This document shows positions 1 to 12,134 of a stretch of 64,000 bases of DNA, in pieces. Under the pieces are notes generated by a model, which was given only the letters and a program-made list of their open reading frames with translations, was not told where the DNA came from and searched no databases. The stretch is from the NCBI RefSeq assembly GCF_947568905.1, contig NC_079171.1:31062001-31126000 (forward strand). Direction: 5' to 3'. The position numbers and the translations under genes are program-made. The DNA is from Ostrea edulis. Its lineage: Eukaryota. The stretch's first letter is position 1, and the number at the start of each line of letters is the position of its first letter.

Positions 1-715
1 ATATCAAATGTGTCTAAAACTGAAGAATGGTTTTGAAGAACTTCATCTTTTGAAAGGGCAGTTGAAGTATAAGTACGATTACCAAAAGTGGAATTAATGC
101 CAAGTTCGTTGAAAATACAATTGTAATAATGAACCTTACAAACAAAGACAATGTTGTTACTAGCTTTGTCAGCTGGAACCAAAACATATTCCTCATGTAA
201 CCTATAACTATCTAATTCTTTTATCACTTCTGGTTTACTAAACACAGAAGGATAGATGGTACTTACTTTTGTTTTCATGTGTCTAATGCAGGATTTTAAT
301 ATTCCTCTTATGCTTTTAACCCATTCTGACAATGTATCAATTCTTTTTCATATTTAGCCAATCGTCTGGCATAATCTTCGACAGAATTCATAATAGAGAT
401 GAAGTTCTGTCGCCAATTAAAAGACCGAGGTTTTCTGTATTTAGGACCTTTTAGAATAAGTGATTTGAGGTCCTCATTTTCAACTATATCAACATAACCA
501 GTAATGACATGTCCAGCTACACTATATTTGAAAGAAGATGAAGAACAAGAACACGTTGGTGGATTACGTATAAGATAGGTCTATATCTAGGCACTGCAAA
601 GTTTGTTTATATTTAAAAAGTTTGGATGCAATAGTAGAAGTATAGCTGTAGGAAATACAGGGTGTAGACTTGAACTTGAAATAAGTTGGAATACACGACT
701 GCACCCTTTTATGAC
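1..715 (-). mobile_element. Penelope-like retroelement fragment, probably Naiad clade (linker plus start of the RT region), frameshifted
   Basis: Minus-strand translation across frameshifts gives HKRVQSCIPTYFKFKSTPCISYSYTSTIASKLF...NPPTCSCSSS.FKYSVAGHVITG...LKGPKYR...VLVPADKASNNIVFVCK. The CxC (545-553) followed by GHVITG and the pre-RT ADK motif (~162-180) match the described Naiad linker organisation. The element runs off the window edge. Confidence 0.7.
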
Positions 716-827
716 GGAGCCTGCAACATGTAATCCGCTGGAAAAGTGTTTAGCTAGTTTTGTAGTGTAGCTTTAGTGCTTATTGGTTAATTATATTTGT
801 GTTTTCTCCATTATGTAATCCTTTCCC

Positions 828-864
828 GTCCTGACGAAGGGACAGGTTGTCCCGAAAATTTGAC
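828..864 (+). ncRNA. Minimal type I hammerhead ribozyme motif of the Penelope-like-element kind
   Basis: GTC|CTGACGA|A|GGGACA-ggt-TGTCCC|GAAA|A-TT|T|GAC. Core boxes CUGACGA (831-837) and GAAA (854-857), 6-bp helix II (839-844/848-853), 3-bp helix I (GTC/GAC), palindromic AAUU in place of helix III, predicted cleavage after UUU (861). Confidence 0.65.
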
Positions 865-1894
865 AATTCCAGTTGTTCATGTCGTTGGTCATTCTAGTAT
901 ATAGAACATCATATCTCTGATTTTAGAAATTTTATTTTCAAATTTCTGACTGATGATTTACCTTCAAAAATTAACAATTTATCTCGATGGCGTTCCAGAT
1001 TGCCGTATCCTGGGACCCTGGATTCAAATTCCAATCTTGTCCACTGCATTCCCTGTTACATTATCGCAAATAAAGATGTCTACACATATTTATAGAAAAT
1101 TGAGCTATCATACAGTCCATTTCAGACAAATACCCCCTGCCTATGGGAGAGATGTTAAGACCACAGGCACTCGACGTTTTAAAGATCTATAATAAAAATG
1201 TTGTCTAATTCCTGATAACATAATATTCACAACACATGTACCATGCCACCATCTTGGTTTTCTTTTTTACCAGCTGCATTGCATGAAAAGTTCGGCGAAA
1301 TTTCGATATAATATGATAATTAGACCCCTACCGTTGTCAAGGTCTTATCTAAACACAATTAAATAATTTCAAGTGTTTGACACATCGCATTTTATTTTAA
1401 ACATGTTATTTTCTATTAAGTAATCTACACTGTATATGTAAACAAAAACATGACACGAGCCTTGTTTACATACCAAAGAATTGTGATTACTGTATTTACT
1501 TGTAACTCAACAACCGATATTAAAACTTAGGTTGACCATTAGAAATGCTTTAGTTAAGCAATGTAAACTAGAAAACTTAAAAACTGAAACTTGAAATTTT
1601 CAGTATCTATGAGTTATTTCCCTTTAAACGCGTATCTTTCACTCAGTAAGATTAAATATCGTATAACATAGGCTTTCAGTGTTAAATTGCTATTACATTT
1701 CGTTGTTTTATCATGTTTCAGGGCTGTATAATGTACGTCATATATTGTTCCTGATATATTGTTCCTTCAAAAAAATTGTACAACATTAACCACAGATTAC
1801 ATGAACTGCAAACTACATGTGGATGTAGCATGTGGGGGAAACGAGTACATACATATTATATGAATGAATAAAAATAAATGTTTATTCGGTATAT

Positions 1895-2162
1895 ACATAC
1901 ATACAAACATACATAGATACCAAGGATAACCCAAGAAAGCTCGAAAGCTTATTTCCAATGGGGTCCTTTGATGAACGGATGTTTGCGCTAGGGGGTCATT
2001 TATGTGGGACGAAACTGGAGTACCCGGAGGAACCCCACGTGTCCGAGCGGGCGACCGCCATACCCTCTCGCATACAACCACTGCCGATCACGGGGATCGA
2101 ACTCGGGTCGCAGCGGTGAGAAGAGAAAGCGCTACTGTATAATCTGCGCTACCCGGACACCC
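1895..2162 (-). mobile_element. tRNA-derived V-SINE
   Basis: Reverse complement has a tRNA-like head (GGTAGCGCAG...GAGTTCGATCCC), then GGGGTTCCTCCGGGTACTCCAGTTTCGTCCCACA (V-domain consensus) and a (TATG)n tail. Confidence 0.7.
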
Positions 2163-2204
2163 GGGTTGCAGATGAATTGCCAATCAGGAATATGAATAAC
2201 GTTT

Positions 2205-2900
2205 AATCATTTTTGTCTCACTTGAGCTGAAAGCGTACGTGAGATATTCTGATATTTTTTTGTCCGGCGTCCGTCTGACTGTCCGTTCGTAAACTTTTAC
2301 CATTTTCATTTCTTTTCCAGAACCACTGATCCAATAATTTTCCATGAAATTTGGCACAAATCATCCTTCGGTAAAAGGGATTCAATTTTGTTTTCAAAAG
2401 AAGAATCATGCTTCTTTCATGGGAGAGACAATCAAGAAAATGTAAAAATAAAGTGGAGTCATATAATAAGGTGGGATCATTAACAAATCTTTCCAAGAAC
2501 CACTGAGCCACAAAATTTGAAACTTCCATGAAAGCTTCCTTACATGTTGTACATTCAGGATTGTTTACATCATGCCTACGACACCCCTTCTGGGGGTGTA
2601 GGGTTGGTTTACAATAGGGGACCAAAGTTTTACAAGTGGATATGTAGCAATTTGTTTTAAATATTCTATGATTAATCATGTTAATTTGAAAGCATCCCCA
2701 TGTAGCGTAAATTCAAGTTTGTTCAAACTACCCCGGGCGTAGTGTAGGGACACCATCAGAAATCAAAGTTTTATGTGGGAATACATGTATATAGAAAAAC
2801 ATCACCATCTTCACTAGAACAGCAAGTATCACCCAAGTAGTGCAGATTCAAGTTTGTTCAAATTGGGGGTATGATGGGACACAGTGAATTTATATCGTTT
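2205..2900 (+). mobile_element. Non-autonomous Helitron/Helentron-like element with degenerate satellite-like units
   Basis: Begins TCTCACTTGAGCTGAAAG...CGTCCGTC and contains repeated GATTCAAGTTTGTTCAAA units shared with 18034-18650 and 29618-30432. Confidence 0.5.
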
Positions 2901-3454
2901 GGGTTCGAATATACAATTAAAAAAGTAAATCAAGGTATAGAATTGTAAATAAATGATACCTAGTTTGCCGATGTAAAACCAATAAACAAAATGGTATAAA
3001 ATGATATGGAGTTGGACTTTACTTTTTAATATTTGATATTCATCAAGCGTAACACAATTATTATAATAATCACATTTCTACTGAAAAATACCTGCCTCAT
3101 CGGGCAAGTGTGTGTCCGAACTGGGCTTTCACTTGCCTCGTGCAATAGGATAACCGTTAATGTTGACCCCTGTAGTTGTAGAACAACGTAAGATTGTTTT
3201 CGTTCACTGGGACGAATTTCAATACACATGGGATATAATGAAAGGATATTCATATACACATTATATACATATACGATATATTTTTCTAATGAAAGGAAGT
3301 TTATGGCATGACTGTATTATATCATGCAATGTTAAATGCTGATAAAAAATGTATATTGTTAACATTATTAAATCAACGTTGATTTTAAAACTGTTTAAAC
3401 TAGAGATAACATGCACATCTACAGTGTATATATACAGGCTAACGCGCCATACAG

Positions 3455-3521
3455 GTACAGTATTTAATCACAAGACTAGACGAAAGATCGAAATAACAGG
3501 TAGACCGTTTTGGATTTTCAG
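3455..3521 (+). other. Probable non-coding 5' exon of TRIM-like gene 1
   Basis: GACTAGACGAAAGATCGAAATAACAGG...TTGGATTTTCAG|GTGAGG is homologous to 16430-16494 upstream of TRIM-like gene 2, with the same donor position. Flanking sequence 3280-3560 also aligns with 16270-16530. The exon start is not defined. Confidence 0.5.
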
Positions 3522-3574
3522 GTGAGGAAAAACTGTACATACATTGTACGCATATTTTGATATTGTAGTGTAAT

Positions 3575-5165
3575 TACTATCAATATTGTTATGCCTGGTC
3601 TAACTATCAATTATAGTAAAAGTCAAGTGGTATGGATTGGTAGTAAGAGGTATTCAGTAAACAGATTAGTGGAAGATAAAGAATTGGTATAGGGCAATAA
3701 TAAATTCCAAGCTCTTGGAATATAATTTGATGTTGATTTAGGTGAAACAGTAAAAAAAATTCGATAAAAAGAATCATTGCTATTCAAAATCTTTTGAAAC
3801 ATTGGGAAAGAAGGAATCTTACTCCTTCTGGGCGTATTACAGTGATTAAATCATTAGCAATTTCAAAATTGGTGTACTTGTTTATTTCATTACCAATCAA
3901 TCTGAAGACATCACAGATAAGTTAAATAGAATATTCTTCAACTTTTTATGGAAAAGTTCTGTCGCAAAAGGAAAAAAATCAGTTGTCACACAAGATTATG
4001 AGAAAGGAGGATTAAATATGGTAAATATTGAAAACTTTATTGCAAGTCTAAAAATGTCATGGATTAAAAAACTTCTCTTTGATACAGCCAAATGGCAATC
4101 TATTATAGGAGCAGAAGTTGATATCAGCAATGTTATTAAATTTGGACAATTGTATGCTTTACAAAAACTTGAGAAATCAAAGAATATGTTTTGGAGGGAT
4201 GTAATTAAATCCTGGAAATGATTATTTTTCTTTTTGAGAAAAAAATCTTCTGAACTTATGGTTAACAGTGTTTTATGGTACAATGAAAATATACAGGTAA
4301 ATAGAAAAACTTTATATCTGAAAGAATGGTGTGAAAATAATGTATATACAGTTAACTCATTGTTAGATGAGAATGGAGACGAGATGAGAATGGAGATATC
4401 ATGATAATCAATTCATGGAAATGTATAGAGTCAAATATCATTTTTGTGAATATCATTTTTTTGTAATTTTTGGTTTAGACAAGCATTGAAGAAATCAATG
4501 AGAGTTAATGGAATAAACCAGTTTATAAAAGTTCAACAACCTACTATTCCTCTACATATAGCCCCTTTCATATATTTTAAAAGGAACAACAAAAAACTGT
4601 ACCAAATTTTTAATTATAGTGAGGAAAAACCTACAGGTCAAAAGAAGTCGGATATATAATTTGATATCTCTTAAGAAGAGTGGATTACAATTAATAAAAC
4701 TATTTTTACTATTACAAAGGATACAAAATTACAGTGGCTATAATATCGCATAAATAATAAAATTTTAGTCACAAACTTATTTTTGTTAAAAATAAAGAAA
4801 ATACACAACGATTTATGTTCGTTTTTGCGAAAGAAAAGGAATCATTAGAGCATGTTTTTATGACTGTGAAAATGTTGTTTTATTTTTCAAGAATGTGCAG
4901 TCTTGGTTGAGGGATTTTTTTTAGTAAATTTTGTTGATAAAATTTTTTTTTGCTGTATATTTGAGAAAATGAAAGGATCAATTTAATTAATTACAATTTA
5001 AAGTACTTTGTATATTGTTGCAAATGTAGAGGCAATCCACTTTTGTTAAATAACTTTGTTACCACTTGGACAAATGTGTACAAAGCAGAAAGGCGGTTAG
5101 CATGTAAAAATGATTATGGAGATGTCTTTGAGAAGAAATGGAATACATTTCATAAATTAAAAGAT
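3575..5165 (+). mobile_element. L1/Tx1-clade LINE, 3' half of ORF2, degraded
   Basis: Fragments read INYSKSQVVWIGSK, RRNLT...GRITVIKSLAISKLVYLFISLP, GGLNMVNIENFIASLKMSWIKKLL, plus a C-terminal LCSF...ESLEHVF..C zinc-knuckle region (~4810-4870). Many stops and frameshifts. Confidence 0.8.
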
Positions 5166-5838
5166 TTATAGATTTTAGATCATCCAGAATATATATGTAT
5201 TTGTATACATTAGCCTATGTACCCTCAAAATTATTATCATTTATGTCATAACAGTACATTTGATAAACATTTGATACCTTTAGTTTGTGACAACCTATCA
5301 GATTAATATTATCTTGTATAGTGTACATATGATAAGCCAGAGTAACTTCATTCATTTCTAACCCTCCACCTCTTCTTTTATCTTTGAATGAATGCCTATT
5401 AGAGTGGATGTGTGAGTAAACGATAGATAAAATACACTGTACCCCTTAGTCAGGTGGGTTTGTAAGGGCATGGTATTAAAACCCTGACTGTCATTATGTG
5501 AATAAATGTTGTGTGAACCTGAATTTTTTTTATTGTAATGACATTAATACCAATATTGTAATACTATTGCTATCAATATAATATGATTTGATGTATTCCA
5601 AATTAGGGCCCAAATGGGTATAACACTTAACATATATGATTCAAATCACAAAACAACACAGGACTGAGATTCAGTACACAAATATATTTATTTTGTTCAC
5701 AAATACATGTATAATGTCAACATGTGGACTGGGCATGCTCAATAATTGTCATGTATATGGGGATGCCATGTGTTGATTACAGACTCCGCTGAAATGGACA
5801 TGTGTATGTAATACAATATCTTATTTTGTTAGTTATAT

Positions 5839-6293
5839 CAGGGGTGGATCCAGAAACTGCGGTTAGGGGGACAGAACTTATATGAGACAGGGGTCTAGGG
5901 GCCGCTTTGAGGTCCCCAGTGGGTCCAGGGCGAAGTCCTTGTGGGGTCCTATGGGGCGAAGCTGCAGGAAGCTTCTGGATTTTACAGATTTTATAGGACT
6001 TGAAATATGTCTCCTATGTAGTCATCTGTACTATTTTCTGTCATTTTTGATACGGTGTAATTAATAAAATGACGCAAATTTTAAGGGGTTTTAATAAGAA
6101 ATGTAAGTTTTCCCATTAAAAGTAATTCAATAAATCAAAAGATTTCTTCATTTATTTCTCTGAAACTGGAAGAAATGATTGTTTCCTTTATCGTTTACAT
6201 TTTTCTAAACAAGACACAATGATTTACCTTAAATTTGAAAATTGTAGGGGTGGGGTGGGAGGCGCCGGCTGCGACCCCTTAAATGTGCCACTG
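5839..6293. mobile_element. MITE of the CAG(G/T)GGCGGATC family
   Basis: Ends CAGGGGTGGATCCAG ... TAAATGTGCCACTG; flanks tatat/aatat (4/5 match). The same 5' arm starts again at 34327. Confidence 0.7.
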
Positions 6294-6549
6294 AATATGA
6301 TACACAAGAAAGCAAGAGACGGTGATAAAATTATTTCAGTAATAAGATATCCACTTCAACCAAAAACAACATATACAATACTAATGACACAAAAAGCTGT
6401 TAAAGCCAATGCAAAATATCCCTATTCCAAAAGTCACGAAAAAACTTAAATATAAGACTGTGTCTGTAGATTATAATAGGCTTTAGAGGATTCCAAGATA
6501 CGGTGCTATAGGACAATTGGTTTATTTAAGATATCCATTTCTATCCATA

Positions 6550-6885
6550 CCGGTCGCGGTAGCGTATTGGTAGATCGTTCGCTTCACAACCGGGAGGTCG
6601 CGAGATCGAACCCCGTTCCTGCCATGGACGCGTCAAATCCAAGACGTTAAAATGGGTAGTGATTGCTCCTACGCCAAACACTCGGCATTTAGAAGTGAAA
6701 ATCATGGTCTTTCGGATATGGCCTTAAAACGGAGGTCCCGTGTCGCGACAGGCGTTGGCATGATAAAGAATCCTCACTACTACGACCCTCAGCGCTAAGC
6801 ATAAGTCTAAATTTGTAGTACTTTACCTCCAGCTGGTGACGTCTCATTATGAGTGAAAAATTCTCGATGGGACGTAAAACAAAGA
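6550..6885 (+). mobile_element. tRNA-derived SINE (Meta/Deu-domain-like bivalve family)
   Basis: A box/B box head (GGTAGCGTATTGG...GAGATCGAACCC), central GACGTTAAAATGGGTAGTGATTGCTCC and GGTCCCGTGTCGCGACAGGCGTTGGCATGATAAAGAATCC, tail ATGAGTGAAAAATTCTCGATGGGACGTAAAAC. Further copies at 12974, 40113 and 57545. Confidence 0.8.
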
Positions 6886-7259
6886 GAAAAAAACAATTAC
6901 TCAACATCTACCCAAAGTAGCATGCACAATTACATACACAGTACCTTTAACAAAAGGTTTATGCATGCAATGCTTAGTTTGTAATTGAGAGAGTTGTTAA
7001 CTTAATGATACATCTCAGTGTAAAATAGACGCACATGGATACTAACCAACCATGGCCGGGTTTCACAATACGATCTGTCATAAGATAAATCATAAGAGTT
7101 ACTTAAGATCTGACTTATGAATATCATAAGATACATATACGGCATAAATCTTAAGAGAGATACTTTGTTACATTGTAAAATATCGTGTTTCTTTTATCAT
7201 CTTTTAATTGCGTGGATGAATTTAAATGTTACATGTATATGAAAGTTTGTTTTTATGAA

Positions 7260-8030
7260 ACAAAAAGTCTCCCCAGTTCCCTAAATTGGAAGAGCTCCAA
7301 ATGAAACCTCCTTGCCTTAATGTACTGCATGATATGGAGAAGAAAGCATGAGCAGGAACATATACATTATGAACAACCATAAGCCATACAGGAGAAGTGT
7401 TCACAAACTATTTACATCCTTAACCCCTCAGATCCATTATAGCTTTAAGGATAACTATTGGATCCTCTTGTCCCTACGATATACATATCTGCAAATGGCA
7501 TTGCAGTATTGTATAAAATGTCAAGTCTATCGGATAAGTCAGATAGGATTAGAAGCGTTCATAAACTATTTTAACATCCTCCACCCCTCTTAGATCCACT
7601 ATAACTTTTAGGAAAATAATTGGATCCTCCTGCATATATACAAATGGCAATGAAGCTTTGTACAAAGTTTCAAATCTATCCAATAAGCCATATAGAAGTG
7701 TTCAAAAACTATTTTACTTACTCCACCCCTATTAAATCCATTAAAACTTTTGGGGAAATAATTGGATCCCTCTGTCCCGACAATATGAACATCTACAAAT
7801 GGCAATGAAGCATTGCACAAAGTTTCAAATCTATCAGATAAGCCATATAGGAGAAGGGTTCACAAGTATTTTACACCCTCCAACCCTCTTAAATCCATAA
7901 TAACTTTTAGGAAAATAATTGAATCCTCCTGTCCCACCAGTATGCACCTCAGCATTGTACAAAGTTTCAAATATATCCGACAAGCCGTATAGGCGGGGAA
8001 GCATTCACAATTTTTTTGTGACAGACAGAC
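7260..8030 (+). repeat. Satellite-bearing dispersed element (~150-160 bp units, about 4 copies)
   Basis: Recurring CAAATGGCAATGAAGC...TACAAAGTTTCAAATCTATC...AAGCCATATAG units (CAAATGG at 7492, 7641, 7796). A second copy lies in reverse at 44455-44975. Confidence 0.65.
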
Positions 8031-8109
8031 GGACGGACTTTCCTAAAAGTTATAGTGGATCCAAAAGGGGTGGAGGATGTAAAAATAGCTTGTGAACACT
8101 CCTCCTATA

Positions 8110-8265
8110 AAAGGTGAAGGTATCGAACAGTGATCAATCTCATAACTCCTATAAGCAATACAAAATAGATAGTTGGGCAAACACGGACCCCTGGACACAT
8201 CAGAGGTGGGATCAGGTGTCTAGGAGGGGTAAGCATCCCCTGTCGAACGGTCACACCCGCCGTGA
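8110..8265 (-). mobile_element. 5'-truncated retroposon tail (probably Penelope-like 3' end/pLTR family)
   Basis: Reverse complement of CACGGCGGGTGTGACC...GACAGGGGATGCTTAC...CCTAG.CACCTGATCCCACCTCTG...CCTTCACCTTT. It interrupts an inverted satellite unit (8037-8109 resumes at 8266). Confidence 0.7.
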
Positions 8266-9041
8266 CTTATCTGATAGATTTGAAATTTTGTACAATTTTA
8301 AATACTTCAATATAAATAGGAATTTGAAATCTTACGATTTTAGGCATTTGTAATTATTCAATACAGTGTATATCTATAATATTTAATACATGTACATTGT
8401 ACTTATTTTTTAAATGATGTGACCTTACACTATATTTCAAAAGTTACACCCGTTTCGTGTACTGTTCAATTTCAGAAATTGTGATGCATATACAAAAATG
8501 AAAACATTGAATGATATTTTTATAGAAACATTATATCAAAAGTCATATATTTTTATATTTTCTCCCTCATTTTGTATTTGATAGTTGCTTAACTAATTTT
8601 TTATATAAAGAAGAAAAAGATAATAGGATTGATGCGTCCATTACAAGTTAGCAACACCGCACTTGTTTTTTTTCAACGAAATAATATACTGAATATAAAA
8701 AATGTATGAGGCTGTGGGTGTGTAGGGAAACCCAAAGACACAGGTAATACTTAAGCAAATTTATAACGAACTACGCATTAATCGAGCAAAATGCGTACGC
8801 GTGCTCATTTATGTATACATGTACATAATTCTGGGCGAAAAAGCTTCCCCATGCAGAAAGCCAATAACTGAATGAAATAAAATAGTACGAAAACTAACAG
8901 GACGATAAAAACGTGTAGAAATAGATTCACCCAACATTGCTATTGTGTCTATAAATAATAAATGAACGGTATTCAAATACGTTTACTTGTGACCACATAG
9001 CAGCTACAAAGTCCATGTGCATGCGCTCAGATAGATTTAAA

Positions 9042-9290
9042 ATGTCTATGAAACGATGTCCAAACTTCTCAGCTGTTGAAATATCAGTATTGTTTGGCGA
9101 GATGGAGAAAAGGAAAGACATTTGTTTTCAAAACAAAACTGCGGTTCAAATACTATGAAGAAAACTTGGGGAGATGTCACTTCTAGAGTCATTGCTGTAA
9201 AGTTACAGATTACGTCCGGTCGAGGGAAATAATGGAGAAAAAGTGGAGAAAAAATGGACATGCCTAAACAGCAGAAGTAGGAAATAGTTG
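9042..9290 (+). pseudogene. Myb/SANT-like DNA-binding ORF remnant (Harbinger accessory-protein type)
   Basis: MSMKRCPNFSAVEISVLFGEMEKRKDI/FSKQNCGSNTMKKTWGDVTSRVIAV...VEKKWTCLNSRSRK across frameshifts, matching the KR..NF...E...L...W..I...V.A...KKW pattern. Confidence 0.6.
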
Positions 9291-10412
9291 GCTGTGGGAT
9301 ATTCTAAACGAATATTGAGTTCATTATAAAGATCACATGTCGCGGTATAGGAAGCTTATCAATGATATCCCAACTGCCTATTTTGTATTGTTTATATGAG
9401 TTATGAGATTGGTCACTGTTCGTTATCTTCACCTTTCATCCATAGCCTTCATATAGTCTAATCGATTGTTTCTGTCCTTAAAACCACGTTCCCTCCGCAT
9501 AAACTACCTATCTCTTATCACAACATAGTTCAGTATAGACTTAAGACAAGTATTTGGATGTCTTAAGATTTTTAACAATCTTAAGATATGACAGTTAAAT
9601 TGTGAAACAGCTAGAATGGATATTATGACTAATTTTGGTCTTAAGACAGATCTTAGTCGTAAGATAGTTTTGTTACACTGGCCCCAGGACATTGCACCTC
9701 ATGGGTTTGAAAATGAATTATTATGCACTAAATGCACTGGAAGTGAATGTGACTTCATTGTTGGCTAGTGAAGGTTGTTGTCAAACAAACCACATGTACA
9801 ATGGATCATTGGCTGCGTGAGTCGGTATTTACTTACGATGCTCTGTATGGTACTCTGTAATGTACATGTAATCTAACTGATTGTCGTAATCTCTTAATAT
9901 ACGGCCTCTTCAGATTCTCCTCTCTTGCACACACAGATAGGCGACAACCACATTTATGCACACACAAAGTTAAGATATATTTTAAGTTTATCTTAGGACG
10001 GGTTTGGTGATGTCTTAACTTTAGGAGAAACCTTAAGGATATAATTATCTTAGGTTAGGACAGAGTGGATAGTCAAACTTAGGACTAAGATACATCTAAG
10101 TTTATCTTAAGATGTATCTTGTCCTAAGATGGCTTCCATACCATGCCTACTGCTCATTTTGAAAATAAATATATTTACGTCATCAATGAGACAGGTAATA
10201 TTTTCATAAAATTCTGAGAGGGGGAGGGGTTTGGTTGTTAAATATATTCATACAATGTACATTTGAAATATCAAACTTAATGGTTGAGCAGCTGTATATT
10301 TTACTTGATAAGTGTAATTTCACCTTATCAGTTATTTTAACTTGTCAACACCTCTAACTAAGATTCCCTTTTTCATTGGCAGTGAACACTTCGTGTGACT
10401 CCGGCATCAGGA

Positions 10413-12134
10413 ATGCATCCCTGGCGTTGTGCTCAGGAAGTCATCCAGTGTTACCTCTGTGAAACTGTCCCCATACAGGGTCGCTGTGAACTTTGTCGTA
10501 AAAATCTATGTGAAGCCTGTGCTGAGAAGCATGTTTCGGATTCTTCTAAAATACACAATGTCGTGTCCTATTTACGCAGGAAATTTACTCCAAAATGTCC
10601 AGACCACCCAGAAAAACACTGCGAACTTCACTGCAAAACATGTGACGTTAATGTCTGTTCTTTCTGCATATCATCTGGTAAACACGAAGGACACACACAA
10701 TCAGATATTCTGGAAAATTTCAGCTCTGAAACAAGGAATTTACAAAAAGATTTGGAAGAATTGGAGACCAAAATTTATCCCAGATATAAAGACATGGCCT
10801 CCGATATCCAAACAGAGAAATCCGAGTTTGAAACGAATTACTGGAAACTAACAACAGCTGCCGACCAACAAGGAGAAGTCTGGTACCAAGAGATCACCGC
10901 CATTGTCAACCAGCGGAAATCTCACATTGAGGAGATGAAAAACAAACACCTATCTACCTTGGATAAAAATACAGAAGAAATTACACAGAAAATCACTGAA
11001 CTCAAACAGATCATTTCCGACTTGAAATCAATACTAGAATCATATGACGTCTCATTAGCCTCTACTTACAAATCTAGGAATTCCGAATTTAGAAAATTAC
11101 CGCCAAAAGTCCGAGTTACATTACCGAATTTTTCTCCTCAGAAAATAAACAAAGATCAGGTCAATGAAATGTTTGGTTCTCTGTCACCACTATCCATTAA
11201 CACAGAACATAGCGACATAATAAAGTCACCAGAAGCTGTATCCTCTCCACCATTCAAACTATTGAAGTCACCAGAAGCTTTATCGTTTTCCCTAGTCAAA
11301 CCACTTCTTGATGAACCGCGACTTACCGCCACCATACACACTGGGTACCAGAATCTATTCAGTGTTAGCTGTCTCAATGAAAAAGTCTGGACACGTGGGA
11401 ATGACACGATTCTGAAGCTCCTCAACCTCAAGAGTAAACTCCTGACATCAATGCAAACCAAGTCAGGGAATGATCCAGGGGACATTGCAGTGACACGGGA
11501 CGGAGATCTTCTTTATACTGACTACAGAAATAAGACTGTAAACCTAGTGAAGAATAAACAGATACAGATAGTTATCAGATTACAAAGGGGGTTGATACCT
11601 TTTAAACTACAGGGATGGAGGCCTCTCAATGTCTGCATTACCTCCTCCGATGATCTCCTGGTTACCATGATTAGTGATGATGAAACACAATCCAAAGCTG
11701 TCCGTTACTCTGGCTCCACAGAAAAACAAACAATTCAGTTTGATGATCAGGGTCGTCCTCTCTATTCAACTGGTAATTTCAGTAAATACATCAGGGAGAA
11801 CAGGAACCTGGATATATGTGTGGCTGATTGGGGAGCTAGTGCAGTAGTGGTGGTCAATCAGTCTGGAAAATTTCGATTTAAATACACTGGTCATCCATCG
11901 GATACCAAGAAATCATTTTATCCACGCGGCATCATTACAGACAGCCAGAGTCACATCCTGACATCAGACTTTGTCAATCACCGTATCCACATCCTAGATC
12001 AGGACGGACAGTTCCTCCGTTACATTGACAACTGTGATTTACGCGATCCATGGGGTTTATGTGTGGACATCAGAGATAACCTCTTTGTGGCTGAGCGTGA
12101 CACTGCTAAAGTGAAGAAAATCCAATACCTATAA
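10413..12134 (+). CDS. B-box/B-box/coiled-coil/NHL-type beta-propeller protein (RING-less TRIM2/3/71-like), 573 aa, single coding exon
   Basis: B-box CYLCETVPIQGRCELCRKNLCEACAEKH, second B-box CPDHPEKHCELHCKTCDVNVCSFCISSGKHEGH, coiled coil, C-terminal NHL-like repeats (PRGIITDSQSHILTSD...RIHILDQDGQFL, PWGLCVDIRDNLFVAE). The first ATG after acceptor ttcattggcag (10382) is 10413, the same position as the paralog's ATG. Confidence 0.9.
   Translation: MHPWRCAQEVIQCYLCETVPIQGRCELCRKNLCEACAEKHVSDSSKIHNVVSYLRRKFTPKCPDHPEKHCELHCKTCDVNVCSFCISSGKHEGHTQSDILENFSSETRNLQKDLEELETKIYPRYKDMASDIQTEKSEFETNYWKLTTAADQQGEVWYQEITAIVNQRKSHIEEMKNKHLSTLDKNTEEITQKITELKQIISDLKSILESYDVSLASTYKSRNSEFRKLPPKVRVTLPNFSPQKINKDQVNEMFGSLSPLSINTEHSDIIKSPEAVSSPPFKLLKSPEALSFSLVKPLLDEPRLTATIHTGYQNLFSVSCLNEKVWTRGNDTILKLLNLKSKLLTSMQTKSGNDPGDIAVTRDGDLLYTDYRNKTVNLVKNKQIQIVIRLQRGLIPFKLQGWRPLNVCITSSDDLLVTMISDDETQSKAVRYSGSTEKQTIQFDDQGRPLYSTGNFSKYIRENRNLDICVADWGASAVVVVNQSGKFRFKYTGHPSDTKKSFYPRGIITDSQSHILTSDFVNHRIHILDQDGQFLRYIDNCDLRDPWGLCVDIRDNLFVAERDTAKVKKIQYL

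Larger units (their letters stand above)
7054..9685. mobile_element. Decayed PIF/Harbinger-like DNA transposon with nested insertions
   Basis: Left end GGCCGGGTTTCACAATACGATCT and right end (rc) GGGGCCAGTGTAACAAAACTATCT, both followed inward by CTTAAGA-rich subterminal repeats. Contains a Myb/SANT-like pseudo-ORF. No clear TSD. Confidence 0.5.

Noticed and set aside
1-715. Selenocysteine recoding in the Naiad-like fragment
   Set aside because: Cys codons in the part read are TGT/TGC and I saw no in-frame TGA at conserved positions.
10429-10851. Alternative-frame and antisense ORFs over the TRIM-like genes (also 11156-11485, 16784-17092, 17580-17783)
   Set aside because: Shadows of the real reading frame; they recur in both paralogs only because the genes are homologous, and have no recognisable motifs.
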